DNA of 64,000 nucleotides from an uncultured delta proteobacterium. GTDB lineage: Bacteria; Desulfobacterota; Binatia; UBA9968. The notes beneath the pieces were generated by a model. That model ran no database searches and had not been told where the DNA came from. It saw nothing but the letters and a program-made list of their open reading frames with translations. Where the stretch lies: contig CAVUVW010000013.1 in the NCBI GenBank assembly GCA_963745035.1, forward strand, positions 1,696,001 through 1,760,000, in the 5' to 3' direction. Positions 38,010-47,830 of this stretch are shown piece by piece. Position 1 is the first letter of the stretch. Each line of letters starts with the position of its first letter. Position numbers and translations under genes: made by a program.

Positions 38010-38177
38010 CGTTCAAGGTTTCAGGTTCAAAGTTCAAGGTAAAACGGCGGGCGATGCCGGTTGTTCGTCAGTCTTAAACGTTTTGAACGGAGCGGAGCGG
38101 TTGAACGGTTTGAACGATCTTGAACGGTTGTCCTTGACGTTGAACGTTGAAGTTAGCGATTGAACGATTTGAACGGG
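38010..38177. repeat. Short inverted (GTTCAA) block followed by a TTGAAC block
   Basis: gttcaaggtttcaggttcaaagttcaagg, then ttgaacggagcggagcggttgaacggtttgaac. Confidence 0.8.
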
Positions 38178-38369
38178 CTCATTCTGGTGCTTTCGGCGGC
38201 AATATACCTACAAATCCCCGGGGGAAAATCCGACAATTCCTCGCAATATCTTCACTTTCATTCTGCCGACGCCCGATCTTTCTCGCTTTTATTTTCGTAT
38301 CTTTCTGGTGGCATATGATTTGCCGCTTTACTGGAATGTCCATCTTACAAAAAATGGAAGGGAGTCCTT

Positions 38370-38537
38370 ATGTGTTATAACTGTGGATGTCAAAAGCCGG
38401 ACGATGACATGGGCAATCCGAAGAACATTACCAACAAGACATTCGAAGAAGCGGCGAAGGCTTCCGGCAAGAAATCCGACGAAGCGAAAAAGAATGTCAA
38501 GGAATTGTTAGAGAAACAGCAAGGCGCGCAGCGATAA
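38370..38537 (+). CDS. Small protein with N-terminal CxxCxC, 55 aa (MCYNCGCQKPDDDMGNPKNITNKTFEEAAKASG...)
   Basis: Hand-translated; GGGAG RBS; below the ORF-track cutoff. Confidence 0.7.
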   Translation: MCYNCGCQKPDDDMGNPKNITNKTFEEAAKASGKKSDEAKKNVKELLEKQQGAQR

Positions 38538-38655
38538 TTCCAATCGATACAACTCCGTCGTGTGGACCGGGGTTGTTTTCATAGTGCGAGCGTTTCCGAC
38601 CAGCGAATCGCTTGATCGAACGTTGAACGGCCGCTCTCCGATCAACGATTGGAAC

Positions 38656-38719
38656 CGCGCCAAGCGATGAAACCATTGGAACGTTTGCAACCGTTCTTCC
38701 GAACGTTTTGAACGGAGCG
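38656..38719 (+). repeat. 64-bp direct repeat, left copy
   Basis: Matches 39369-39432 with 2 mismatches. Confidence 0.85.
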
Positions 38720-38795
38720 GCAGCGTGGCGGAAAGATTCGAATCGAACTTTATTTTGTCCGATCCGGGCTGGGCTTGCCGGCAGGATTGAGCGAT

Positions 38796-39125
38796 CTACG
38801 GCCAGTCGTCGCCGTTAGAGTAACGCGACCAATCCGACCTTTTGAAAGCATCAATAAATGCGGGAACAAAGGCTTCGATCCGCTGCTGCGGAGCGATCAC
38901 ACGCAGAACCTTGACCTGCGAAGGATGTCGCATCTGGCGAACATTGTGAGCAAATCCCGTATCCCTCGTGAAGCAAAGTTCGTAATCGACGGCGACTTGG
39001 CGATACAATCTCCCGTTGTCGATGCCCTTCAATTTCAGATTATTTACCGAGTCAACCTCGTGACCGAGGAGCTTCAGAGCAGCTGCCAGAGACTCAGGCA
39101 TGTTCTCGTCGAGAAGGATTTTCAC
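38796..39125 (-). CDS. DUF5615 PIN-like toxin (VapC45-type)
   Basis: MKILLDENMP, LGHEVDSV, G.DN and FTRD.GF motifs. Confidence 0.85.
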   Translation of the reverse strand: MKILLDENMPESLAAALKLLGHEVDSVNNLKLKGIDNGRLYRQVAVDYELCFTRDTGFAHNVRQMRHPSQVKVLRVIAPQQRIEAFVPAFIDAFKRSDWSRYSNGDDWP

Positions 39126-39327
39126 TTGGCGCCAGCAAGTCGGAATGGGCTAATTCTTCCAACGTACCACGAACTGCATCCTCCGTGAGACTGGGATACT
39201 CCTTCACGATCTCGCTGATCGTCATTCCCGCGGCCAGCCATTCCAACAGAAGCGCAACCGCGATGCGGGTGTCGCGCACGCGAGGTTTTCCTCCAAGATG
39301 GTCGGCATCCGATACGATCCACCCCAT
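39094..39327 (-). CDS. DUF433 antitoxin
   Basis: GGKPRVRDTRIAV, LAAGMT.SEI..EYPSLT.DAV motifs. Confidence 0.88.
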   Translation of the reverse strand: MGWIVSDADHLGGKPRVRDTRIAVALLLEWLAAGMTISEIVKEYPSLTEDAVRGTLEELAHSDLLAPSENPSRREHA

Positions 39328-39368
39328 TGCTTTCTCCTCACTTCGGAATTTATCACATAATAGATGCG

Positions 39369-39455
39369 CGCGCCAAGCGATGAAACCATTGGAACGTTTG
39401 GAACCGTTCTTCTGAACGTTTTGAACGGAGCGAAGCGGTTGAACGGCTTGAACGT
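39369..39455 (+). repeat. 64-bp direct repeat, right copy, within a TTGAAC block
   Basis: cgcgccaagcgatgaaaccattggaacgtttggaaccgttcttctgaacgttttgaacggagcg. Confidence 0.85.
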
Positions 39456-39475
39456 GTTTCAGTAGCCTGTCCGTC

Positions 39476-40531
39476 CTACCGCGGCGGCAGCGGATCTGCC
39501 CCCGTGATCTTTTTCATCAGCTCGACGACGTCCGGGTCGCGCGGCAGCTCCTTCAGCGCCTTTTCCTGCATCTCCCCCGTCAGCGGAGCGGCCTCGTTGC
39601 CGACGAGATTTTTGTAAGACACGTGGAATTCGGGATCGTTGAAAGTCCGGCGCATCGCTTCGCGGAGAATCTGGACCCGATCGGGTGCCGTGCCCGGCGG
39701 GAGGAAAAAAGGCGCGCCCACCAGACGAAACGCGCGGTGCATTCTTAGAAGTTTATACTCCCTCTCCGACTTGGCGAAAGTTTCCAGGTCGGGAAGATGA
39801 GGGAACTGCGGGTGCTTGTCTCCCTTCGGGACTTCGATCACGGCGTGGAAGTCCGCCAGCTTTTTTTCGATCCAATCTTTATTCCGCGTCAAGACGTTAT
39901 GAATCGGCGTTGCCCGGGCATCGACCTCGCCTTGGACAAACGCCACGTCGACCTCGCGGCCCGAATAGCCGACGATGAACTTGGGCTCCTTCAACCCGAT
40001 CAAATAAGCGAAGAGCCGCCCGTCGACATAAGTGGTAAAACCGACGGACTGGTCGCCGATTCGGATCCCCGGCTGGTTGCGCAGCTTTTCGAGCGTGTTG
40101 AGGCCCGCATCTCTGCGCGTGGCAAAGATCTGTTGCGTGTCGCTGCGCGGCGATCCGAGGTAGATGAATTTGTCGAGGTCGTAGCGCACGCCGACGGTGT
40201 CGAGAATACCGTTCGTGATGATGCCGCCCGATCCAGAGCCGATGGTCAAGCCGTCCGCTTTGGCGATCGCGTACATGTGATTGGCCTGGGTCCGGCCTCC
40301 GGCGCCCGGCATATACTCGATGACGATGCGCGGATTGCCGGGGATATACTTCTCGAGAAATGGCGCCATCGATCGTACGTAGCCGTCTCCCGTTCCGCCG
40401 GGAGCTCGGCTCTGAATGATGGTGATCGTTTTTCCCTGATAGAACGGCGCCTGCGCCACCGCGGTGCCGAGGTGCGGCAACAAGAGCGCAAACATCAGCG
40501 CAAAGCAGAACGAACGTTTTTGAAAAATCAT
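39476..40531 (-). CDS. TctC/Bug family substrate-binding protein
   Basis: FYQGKT, APGGTGD, YMPGAGG, DGLTIG, GYSG and GEVD motifs. Confidence 0.88.
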   Translation of the reverse strand: MIFQKRSFCFALMFALLLPHLGTAVAQAPFYQGKTITIIQSRAPGGTGDGYVRSMAPFLEKYIPGNPRIVIEYMPGAGGRTQANHMYAIAKADGLTIGSGSGGIITNGILDTVGVRYDLDKFIYLGSPRSDTQQIFATRRDAGLNTLEKLRNQPGIRIGDQSVGFTTYVDGRLFAYLIGLKEPKFIVGYSGREVDVAFVQGEVDARATPIHNVLTRNKDWIEKKLADFHAVIEVPKGDKHPQFPHLPDLETFAKSEREYKLLRMHRAFRLVGAPFFLPPGTAPDRVQILREAMRRTFNDPEFHVSYKNLVGNEAAPLTGEMQEKALKELPRDPDVVELMKKITGADPLPPR

Positions 40532-40772
40532 AAATGCCTCATTCTGTTGGGGACGCGTGCTTCACGGCAGTAGATATCTACAGCGGATTTGGGAAAACAC
40601 TGACGGACGCGTTTCGATTACTAGGATAAGATCGTTGCGATTGTCAAGGTAACGCGGTATCGAGGATTGTCGCGCTGCCGATGGTCTCATCCTGCTTGCC
40701 GTTATCCGGGGCTTTGATTAGACAGGGTCGGCTCGCGACGCGCATCTGAACCGCTCGTAGAAAGAAAAAATT

Positions 40773-41729
40773 ATGGCACCCAAACATCCTTCGCCGCTCG
40801 TCATCCGCTCCCGCATCATGCTGGAGGTGGCGTCCGAAGTGATCGGCATGGATCAATGGCCTTACCGGCAAGCGCGCGTGAACTTGCGCGATCAGGTCGG
40901 ACTCGAGTGGAAGCTTTCTCTATTCGGCAGCGACACGGTCGAGGCCATCGAGGAAGTCGCTCGCGGCGACGTCCATCTCGCCACGATCAACCCCTCGAGC
41001 CCTCTGACCATGGCCCACCGCGGCCGCGGCCCTTTCAAAGAAGCGATTCCGGTCCGCGCGATCGCGGTCATCCCCACCCAGGACCAGTTTGCTTTCGCCG
41101 TATCCGAGAAAACCGGACTCAAGTCTTTCACCGATTTGCTTAAGCGCCGCTACCCTTTGCGCGTTTCGCTGCGCGGCCAAAAACGTCATTCGGTTCACCT
41201 TGTCGTCAAAGAAGTGCTGGCGCAGGTCGGCATCACGCTTGACGACCTGGTTTCTTGGGGTGGTCAGGTGCGCTACGACGAGGGCATGCCGGATGGGCGC
41301 AATCGTTTGGGCGCCGCGCAGCGGGGCGAGGTCGATGCCATTTTCGATGAGGCGGTGAAGCGTTGGACCAATCAAGCGCTCGATGCCGGAATGCGTTTTC
41401 TCCCGCTCGAGGAAGAGCACATCACGCAATTGGAAGAAACTGGTTTTCGCCGAGCCACCCTGTCCAAGGCCCTCTATCCCAAGCTCCCAGGCGATGTGAC
41501 CACGGTCGATTTTAGCGGCTGGCCGATCTTCACCCACGCCGACGTATCCGACGATATCGTGAGGTCGTTCTGCATCGCGCTGGACAATCGCAAGGATCGC
41601 ATCCCCTGGCAGGGAGAAGGCCCGCTCCCCCTGGAACGGATGTGCGAAGACAATCCGGAGGGACCGTTGGATGTGCCGCTTCACCCCGCGGCGGAGATTT
41701 ACTGGCGCGAACGAGGTTACTTGAAATGA
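40773..41729 (+). CDS. TAXI-like solute-binding protein without an evident signal peptide
   Basis: VARGDVHLA, VDAIFDEAV, TVDFSGW and VPLHPAAE.YW.ERGY motifs. Confidence 0.75.
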   Translation: MAPKHPSPLVIRSRIMLEVASEVIGMDQWPYRQARVNLRDQVGLEWKLSLFGSDTVEAIEEVARGDVHLATINPSSPLTMAHRGRGPFKEAIPVRAIAVIPTQDQFAFAVSEKTGLKSFTDLLKRRYPLRVSLRGQKRHSVHLVVKEVLAQVGITLDDLVSWGGQVRYDEGMPDGRNRLGAAQRGEVDAIFDEAVKRWTNQALDAGMRFLPLEEEHITQLEETGFRRATLSKALYPKLPGDVTTVDFSGWPIFTHADVSDDIVRSFCIALDNRKDRIPWQGEGPLPLERMCEDNPEGPLDVPLHPAAEIYWRERGYLK

Positions 41730-41906
41730 ACAGTTATTGACGGGCGAGCAGCCTCACCAGCAGATCTTTTTTCATCCGAGTTGCTCACTAGCCTTACCCG
41801 CTAAGTTTGCTCGCGAACCGTTTCGGCGATCTTTTTGAGGCCGTAGCCCGCGAGCATAAACCGGTCGCGCAAGTGCTTGTCCTCGAAACCCGGCGGTGGC
41901 GGAGCT

Positions 41907-42087
41907 TAAACGTTTTGAACGACTTGAACTGAGTGAAACGGTTGAACGACTTGAACGACTTTTGCTGTTGCCTATTGCCTGCTGCAGACTTCGCCGACTT
42001 ACCTCTCACTCCTCACTTCTTCTTCTTACTGTTGCCTGTTGCCTCTTGCCTGTTGCCTGTTGACTGTGCCTCTTGACCTGCCTGCTA
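41907..42087 (+). repeat. TTGAAC, TCACTCC and CTGTTGC blocks
   Basis: ttttgaacgacttgaactgagtgaaacggttgaac; tcttactgttgcctgttgcctcttgcctgttgcctgttg. Confidence 0.85.
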
Positions 42088-42325
42088 ATGGGCGACCCAG
42101 AGGACAGTGCCGGCTAGACTGAAAGAGTCAATACGAAGGCTTGACGCCAATCTTCCTCTCATCAATTTCCCTCAGTGATTGCTCAGGCCTGCAACGGCGC
42201 AAAAAGGGCAAGGCATGCCTTGACATGAAAAACAGATCGTAATTGAATCCGGCGGTGGCATCGGGCGCTCAAAAGTCCGGCGCGAAAACTACCGAATGGC
42301 AGCGAAACAAGGGCAAGAGGTGTGA

Positions 42326-43384
42326 ATGATCTCGACACGCACACGTAGGTCGTGGGTCTGGCTGGGCTTTGTCGGCCTGTGGGCTTTCAGCTCCCCCGCT
42401 TTCTCGCAGGCGCCGTTCTACCAGGGGAAAACGATTACGGTCATCAATGGGAACGCGCCGGGCGGCACCGCCGACATGCGTATGAGAGCGGTTATCCCCT
42501 ATTTGAAAAAGCACATTCCCGGCGAGCCTACCGTAGTGGCCGAATTCATGGATGGAGGCGGTGGCCGAAAGCTCGCGAATCACATGTACCGAACTGCGCG
42601 TCCGGACGGCCTCACGATCGGTTTTCCTCCCGGCGGCTTCATCACGTACGCAGTTATGGGTGAAACGGGCGTCGAGTACGACATCAACAAATTCATTTTT
42701 CTGGGCGCGCCGGAGAGCACTACCCATTACGTATTTTTAACGCGCAAAGAAGCCGGCATAGACAGCATCGAGAAGCTCAGGTCGACCCCGAACCTGCGGA
42801 TCGGGGCTCAGTCGATCGGCCACAGCATCTACATCATGGGGCGTGTGTTCGCGTACATCCTGCGCCTGAAGGAGCCAAAGTTCGTGGTCGGCTACTCGGG
42901 CCCGGAAGTCGATATCGCCCTCACCCGCGGCGAAGTCGACGCGCGCGCGAATATCGCCGATACGATCCTGACGAGAAACCGCGAATTCATCGAAAAGGGC
43001 CTGGTCAATTTCCACGCGATGATCGAGATCCCGAAGGGCAACAAGCATCCGCGCTTTGCCCAGCTGCCCGAGCTCGGCAATCTCGTCCACTCGGAAAGAG
43101 ACCGCAAGATCGTCGAACTGTACCGCTCGCTGAGGCTCGTCGGCTCTCCGTTTATCCTGCCGCCGGGCACGCCGCCGGAGCGGGTGGAAACTTTGCGTTC
43201 CGCGTTCCAAAAAGCTTTCAACGATCCCGAGTTTCAGAAGGACTACAAAAAGCTCGTCGGCGACGACCCGTCACCGCTCGCGGCCGAGGGCGTCCAGCAA
43301 GCTGTGCAAAGCTTGCCGCGCGAGCCGGCCATCGTCGAACTCTTCAAGCAAGTCACCGGCGCCGGCCCGCTACCGCCTCATTGA
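42326..43384 (+). CDS. TctC/Bug family substrate-binding protein
   Basis: FYQGKT, APGGTAD, PDGLTIG, GYSG, GEVD and PPGTP motifs. Confidence 0.88.
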   Translation: MISTRTRRSWVWLGFVGLWAFSSPAFSQAPFYQGKTITVINGNAPGGTADMRMRAVIPYLKKHIPGEPTVVAEFMDGGGGRKLANHMYRTARPDGLTIGFPPGGFITYAVMGETGVEYDINKFIFLGAPESTTHYVFLTRKEAGIDSIEKLRSTPNLRIGAQSIGHSIYIMGRVFAYILRLKEPKFVVGYSGPEVDIALTRGEVDARANIADTILTRNREFIEKGLVNFHAMIEIPKGNKHPRFAQLPELGNLVHSERDRKIVELYRSLRLVGSPFILPPGTPPERVETLRSAFQKAFNDPEFQKDYKKLVGDDPSPLAAEGVQQAVQSLPREPAIVELFKQVTGAGPLPPH

Positions 43385-43446
43385 CGCGCAGCGTTCAGCA
43401 CCGCGATTTTCGCTCCTGCTACCTGCTAAATTCCGACGGTAGACCA

Positions 43447-43510
43447 TTGAACTTTTGAACCCTTGAACCTTGAACCGCCGTTGATCTGACGGCTTGAACG
43501 GTTTGAACAA
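43447..43510 (+). repeat. TTGAAC block containing a 52-bp direct repeat (left copy)
   Basis: 43447-43498 matches 45516-45567 with 2 mismatches. Confidence 0.85.
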
Positions 43511-43557
43511 GTTAGTTCTGACCAATCCCTGTTGCGCCAACTCGCTCAACATGCCGG

Positions 43558-44613
43558 CTAACGAATAGGAAGCGATTCGGGACCCGCAAGTTGCCTGAAC
43601 AACTTGATCGTCTCCGTATCGCGTGGAACTCCAGTTATGAGTTTTTCAAGTTCTTCACCATGCAATGGCGACGGGTCAGTGCCGGTCAACTTTTTGAAGT
43701 CTTTTAAGAAACCAGGGTCGCTAAAAGTTCTGCGAAACGCGGTTCGCAGAATCTGTACGTATTCGACAGGGGTGTTGGGAGGCAAGAAATAGGGCCACCG
43801 GGGTAATTGCAACGCACGAAACAGCGTCAACAGGGCGTGTTCCTTCTCGCTTTTCGCGAAACTGTCGAGATCGGGTAATTTGGCGAACCTAGGATGTGGA
43901 CTTCCCTTCGGAAGGCTAAGGCCGAGATGCAAATGCACCATTCCCTTGTCGAACCACTCAGGATTTCGGTGTAGAGCTGTGTTTGCACTATTTAATAACC
44001 CGTCAACTTCGCCGGCCAAAACTGCGGCGTCAAGATCCGGCCCATCATAGCCGGTCACGAATCGGGCGCTTTTCAGATCGAGCAGATAGGCAACGAGGCG
44101 CCCGCCATAATACTTCGGGTGCCCTACCGTCTCGGCCCCGATGCGCAGCCCTGATGTATCTCGGAGCTTTTTGAGCGTATCGATTCCAGCCTCTTTCCGG
44201 GTATAGAAGACATACGGTTCGCCTGCGGTCGTGGAACCCAGATAGGAAAATCGATCCGGTTCGTAATCTACCCCGGTAAGTCCCAACACGGTACCCGCGA
44301 CCAACCCGGCTCCGAGAGCGCCGATCGTCAGACCGTCAGGCTGAACAGTTCGATACATCTGATTTACCATCTTTAAACCGGCGGCACCGGGGACATACTC
44401 AAGAAGGATCGTGGGCTCCCCCGGGATATGCTTTTTAAGGTACGGCATAACGGCTCTGGTTTGCATGTCCCCAAAGCCGCCCGGACCTCCGCCGCGCAGG
44501 ATTTTTATGGTTTTACCCGCGTAAAAGGGAGTAGCAGGTGCTGCGCCGCCCCACGCAAGATTCATTGAAATTTGACACAGTAGAACGGACAAACAAAAGG
44601 CAAAAAACTTCAT
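43558..44613 (-). CDS. TctC/Bug family substrate-binding protein
   Basis: FYAGKT, GGGPGGFGD, YVPGAAG, PDGLTIG and GEVDG motifs; GGAGG RBS. Confidence 0.88.
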   Translation of the reverse strand: MKFFAFCLSVLLCQISMNLAWGGAAPATPFYAGKTIKILRGGGPGGFGDMQTRAVMPYLKKHIPGEPTILLEYVPGAAGLKMVNQMYRTVQPDGLTIGALGAGLVAGTVLGLTGVDYEPDRFSYLGSTTAGEPYVFYTRKEAGIDTLKKLRDTSGLRIGAETVGHPKYYGGRLVAYLLDLKSARFVTGYDGPDLDAAVLAGEVDGLLNSANTALHRNPEWFDKGMVHLHLGLSLPKGSPHPRFAKLPDLDSFAKSEKEHALLTLFRALQLPRWPYFLPPNTPVEYVQILRTAFRRTFSDPGFLKDFKKLTGTDPSPLHGEELEKLITGVPRDTETIKLFRQLAGPESLPIR

Positions 44614-44653
44614 TAAAAATCCTCCAGAAATCGCAGTACGCTTCGGTTGCGCC

Positions 44654-45301
44654 TCATTGAGCACTTGCTCTCTCAATCATGGCCAGCACCTCATCGGTTG
44701 TTCTGACCCGGGACATGCGCGGGAACACCGCATCCATTAAGATGTCGTGAGCTCGCTGGTCATGATTCGTCGCGCAAGCGTCACGCACGACGATCATGTT
44801 ATAGTCCATGTCCCGACCCGCAAATACCGTCGCGGCGACTCCCACATCCGTCGAACCACCCGAAATAATGATGGTATCGATCTTCGCCGCGCGAAGCGCC
44901 AAGTCGAGATAGGTCTGGTGAAAAGCGCTCCAGCGGTGCTTGGGAAGGTAGTAGTCCGTAGGAGCAGGCTCAAGCTCGGGGATGACCTCTGAACCGCTTG
45001 TGCCTTCGAGGGCGGCCGGCTTGACGAGCGTCACGACCCCGCCCGGCCACGGTCTCAGTGGAATATCGGTGTCGGTCAAAAGTAACACGGAGGTTCCTTC
45101 GTCTTCCCGATGATTGCCTTTGGCGAAATATATCGGCATCGCTGCGCTCCGCGCCGCCTTCATCAGCCGAACCGCATTGTCGACCATCGGCTTCTTGCGC
45201 TGTTTCGTCGCCGCACTCGCTTCGTGGTAGTAGCCGTTGAGCATGTCGAAAAACAATAGTCCCGTTTTTTGGAGCTCGATCTCATTTAGATTCATTCTCA
45301 A
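44654..45301 (-). CDS. Isochorismatase/cysteine hydrolase family protein
   Basis: LLFFDMLN, KHRWSAF.QT.LD..LR, GGSTDVGV and VVRDAC motifs. Confidence 0.85.
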   Translation of the reverse strand: MRMNLNEIELQKTGLLFFDMLNGYYHEASAATKQRKKPMVDNAVRLMKAARSAAMPIYFAKGNHREDEGTSVLLLTDTDIPLRPWPGGVVTLVKPAALEGTSGSEVIPELEPAPTDYYLPKHRWSAFHQTYLDLALRAAKIDTIIISGGSTDVGVAATVFAGRDMDYNMIVVRDACATNHDQRAHDILMDAVFPRMSRVRTTDEVLAMIERASAQ

Positions 45302-45444
45302 TCCTCACTTTTGGTTTTGGTTTTACGCCCTACGGACAAAATACTTTTTAAGCCGCCCTCTTACGTGAAAGCAAGCAGTTGCGCCGGTCCGACCCTTGCC
45401 CAAGCTTTCTTGCTCACTTCAAAACCGAACTTACCGAAACCTTA

Positions 45445-45757
45445 ACGTTTGGAACCGCCGCAAAGCGATGAAACCATTGGACGATTGGAACCGTTCTTTG
45501 TCCTGAATCCAACCGTTGAACTTTTGAACCGTTTAACCTTGAACCGCCGTTGATCTGACGGCTTGAAGGCAGCGAAGCGATTGAACGATTTTAACGTTTT
45601 GAACCACTCCCGTTTACGTTGAACGTTTGAACCGTTGAACTGTTGAACGAGTTCTTTCCCCTAGCGCCTCACCTCTCACCCATCACGCCCTTCTTCTTAC
45701 TGTTGCCTGTTGCCTATTGCCTGCTTAGGTTGCCTGTTGCCTCCCGCCTGTTGCCTT
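45445..45757 (+). repeat. Long composite block: TTGAAC, then TCACGCC, then CTGTTGC
   Basis: About 15 ttgaac/tggaac units followed by gcctcacctctcaccc and tcttactgttgcctgttgcctattgcct. Confidence 0.85.
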
Positions 45758-45781
45758 TTTGATGCCAGATAGTCCTCAAAA

Positions 45782-45809
45782 TTGACATCGGTTCAGGTAA
45801 TCAGATAAT
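45782..45809 (+). promoter_or_regulatory. Sigma70-type promoter
   Basis: TTGACA-16 nt-GATAAT upstream of the hydroxylase gene. Confidence 0.55.
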
Positions 45810-45884
45810 TCTGAGCGATCAAGGCCTTGCTTGCGCAGCCTGGCCGCGTTCATTTTTGATAAAAGTTGGGTGAGAGTTTAGGAA

Positions 45885-47324
45885 ATGCCTATACGTCGAG
45901 GAGAAGAATATCTCGAAAGCCTCAGGGATGGGCGCCGCGTCTGGCTACACGGTGAGTTGGTCGAAGATGTCACCGCACATCCCAGTTTGAAAGGCTGCGC
46001 CCAAAGCGTTGCCGCGGTTTACGACCTTCAACACGTCCCAGCCCATCGGGACCTGCTGACCATGCCTTCCCCGGTTACGGCGCAGCCGGTAAGCCTGGCG
46101 TATCTTTTGCCCCATTCGGTCGAAGATCTCACCCGTCAGCGAAAGATGTACGAGTTCCTCGTGCGCCGTGCCGGAGGCGTGGCGGCTCGCCTACCCCAGC
46201 ACCTGGCTACCGTCGTCTTGGGGCTGCACGACGTTCGTGACGTCCTGGGCAAAGAAAATCCGGCCTTCGCGGAGAACGTTATCCGCTACTTCGAGTATTG
46301 CCGCGAAAACGATTTGGCCATCGCGACGATTTTCAACGACCCGTTTCATCACCGAACCCACCCGCGGTCCAAGCGAGAATACCTGAGGGTGGTTGAGAGG
46401 AGGGCCGATGGCATCGTGGTGAGAGGTGCCAAAGGAGTGGGAACGCAGGCACCCTACGCCAATGACATCCTATGTCTGACCCAGCCGCGACCTGACCTCC
46501 TGCCTGAGGAGGTGTTGTATTTCGCCGTGCCTGTGAATTCTCCAGGCCTCCAGCTCATCTGCCGGCAGCCCCTGGCGCCACCCAACCCTGAGGATCATCC
46601 CTTGAGTCCGCACTGGGACGAGATGGACGCCATGGTACTGTTCGACAACGTGTTCATACCCTGGGATCGAGTATTCTATTTGCGTCAATCCGATCCCGAA
46701 GACCCGAATCTATACGCGCGGCTTTTCCAAGGAGCCATGGGTATCGGGCCCTGGTATGTTTTAGTCCGGCTGGCGGTCAAGGCGGAGGTGTTGTTGGGCA
46801 TCTGCGCGGCGATGGCCGAATATCTCGGCACCACCAAACAACCTCATGTACAGTTGGCCCTGGCCGACGCGATAGTCTACCTGGAGACGATGAGGGCCTT
46901 CATCTATAACGCTGAAACGAACCCTGTCCGCTCTCAATCGGGCCTCACCCTGCCCAACTGGATCCCGGCGCAGGCAGCCCGCATCTTCTCGATAGAGGGT
47001 TATCCCCAGATGCTACAGATGATACGGGAGCTCTGTGGCTCCGGTATCCTGATGTCGCCGAGCGAGACGGATATGAATAATTCCGAGATGGGCCACCAAA
47101 TCCGGCGCTTTTTTGTGGGGGAGAACGAGCGCACGCAAGAATGCTTTCGCATGCTGAAACTGGCGTGGGAATATGCCTGCGACTCTTTCGGCTCCCGCCA
47201 GCTGCTCTTCGAGATGTACAACGTCGCCAGCCTGGCCACCAACAAACAGAGGCTCGTGAATAGCTACGATCTGAGCCCCTTCGTCCGCCTGGCTAAAGAA
47301 TTGGCAGGCATAAACGAACACTAG
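45885..47324 (+). CDS. 4-hydroxyphenylacetate 3-hydroxylase (HpaB) family flavin-dependent oxygenase component
   Basis: GEEYLESLRDGR.VW..GE.VEDVTAHP, GIVVRGAK, DHPLS, DEMDA..LFDNVFIPWDRVF and FGSRQ.LFE motifs. Confidence 0.9.
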   Translation: MPIRRGEEYLESLRDGRRVWLHGELVEDVTAHPSLKGCAQSVAAVYDLQHVPAHRDLLTMPSPVTAQPVSLAYLLPHSVEDLTRQRKMYEFLVRRAGGVAARLPQHLATVVLGLHDVRDVLGKENPAFAENVIRYFEYCRENDLAIATIFNDPFHHRTHPRSKREYLRVVERRADGIVVRGAKGVGTQAPYANDILCLTQPRPDLLPEEVLYFAVPVNSPGLQLICRQPLAPPNPEDHPLSPHWDEMDAMVLFDNVFIPWDRVFYLRQSDPEDPNLYARLFQGAMGIGPWYVLVRLAVKAEVLLGICAAMAEYLGTTKQPHVQLALADAIVYLETMRAFIYNAETNPVRSQSGLTLPNWIPAQAARIFSIEGYPQMLQMIRELCGSGILMSPSETDMNNSEMGHQIRRFFVGENERTQECFRMLKLAWEYACDSFGSRQLLFEMYNVASLATNKQRLVNSYDLSPFVRLAKELAGINEH

Positions 47325-47364
47325 ATTAAAAAGATTTTAGAAAACCTCTTCCGTTTAAGGGTGT

Positions 47365-47580
47365 GCCGAGTCGGACCAAGCTATGTCGTTACTTCATCGA
47401 CAGTTTGATTCCAAAAGAACGTGTTTCGGTGCTTAGAGCCGCTTCGGTCACATCGCGCTGCACAAAGTTGGTGTTCGCTTTCAACGATTTGAACGGAGCG
47501 AAGCGGTTGAACGATTGGAACTGGCTTCAGTGTTGAGCTGCATGCTCCCGGCGATATACGCCGGTCCGACCCACGACCCT
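47365..47580. repeat. Transposase 3'-end remnant, TTGAAC block and GGTCCGACCC tags
   Basis: gagtcggaccaagctatgt...gtgtttcggtgcttagagcc; ttgaacggagcgaagcggttgaac; ccggtccgaccc. Confidence 0.65.
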
Positions 47581-47593
47581 GGACACAAGAACC

Positions 47594-47821
47594 TTACGCC
47601 CGTAGCGTACGTGCGTGGGTAATTTCTCTTTTCTGAACCGGACGAATCTGGGAAGCCTCTAAAGTCGCTATCGCCAATGTCTCTCCATCCAGAGCTACAA
47701 ACTCTACTTCAAACGCTTTGCCGCTCTTGTGAACGTGGATAACAGTACCGACATCGCCCGTTTTCAACCCTTGGTCAGGAACTTCTTCCCTCAAAACCAC
47801 TCGGTCGTGTTCTTTAATCAT
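47594..47821 (-). CDS. DUF4926 domain protein (putative immunity/antitoxin)
   Basis: MIKEHDRVVL..P..GL..GDVGTVIHV....AFEVEF...GET motif. Confidence 0.85.
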   Translation of the reverse strand: MIKEHDRVVLREEVPDQGLKTGDVGTVIHVHKSGKAFEVEFVALDGETLAIATLEASQIRPVQKREITHARTLRA

Positions 47822-47830
47822 ACCATCCTC

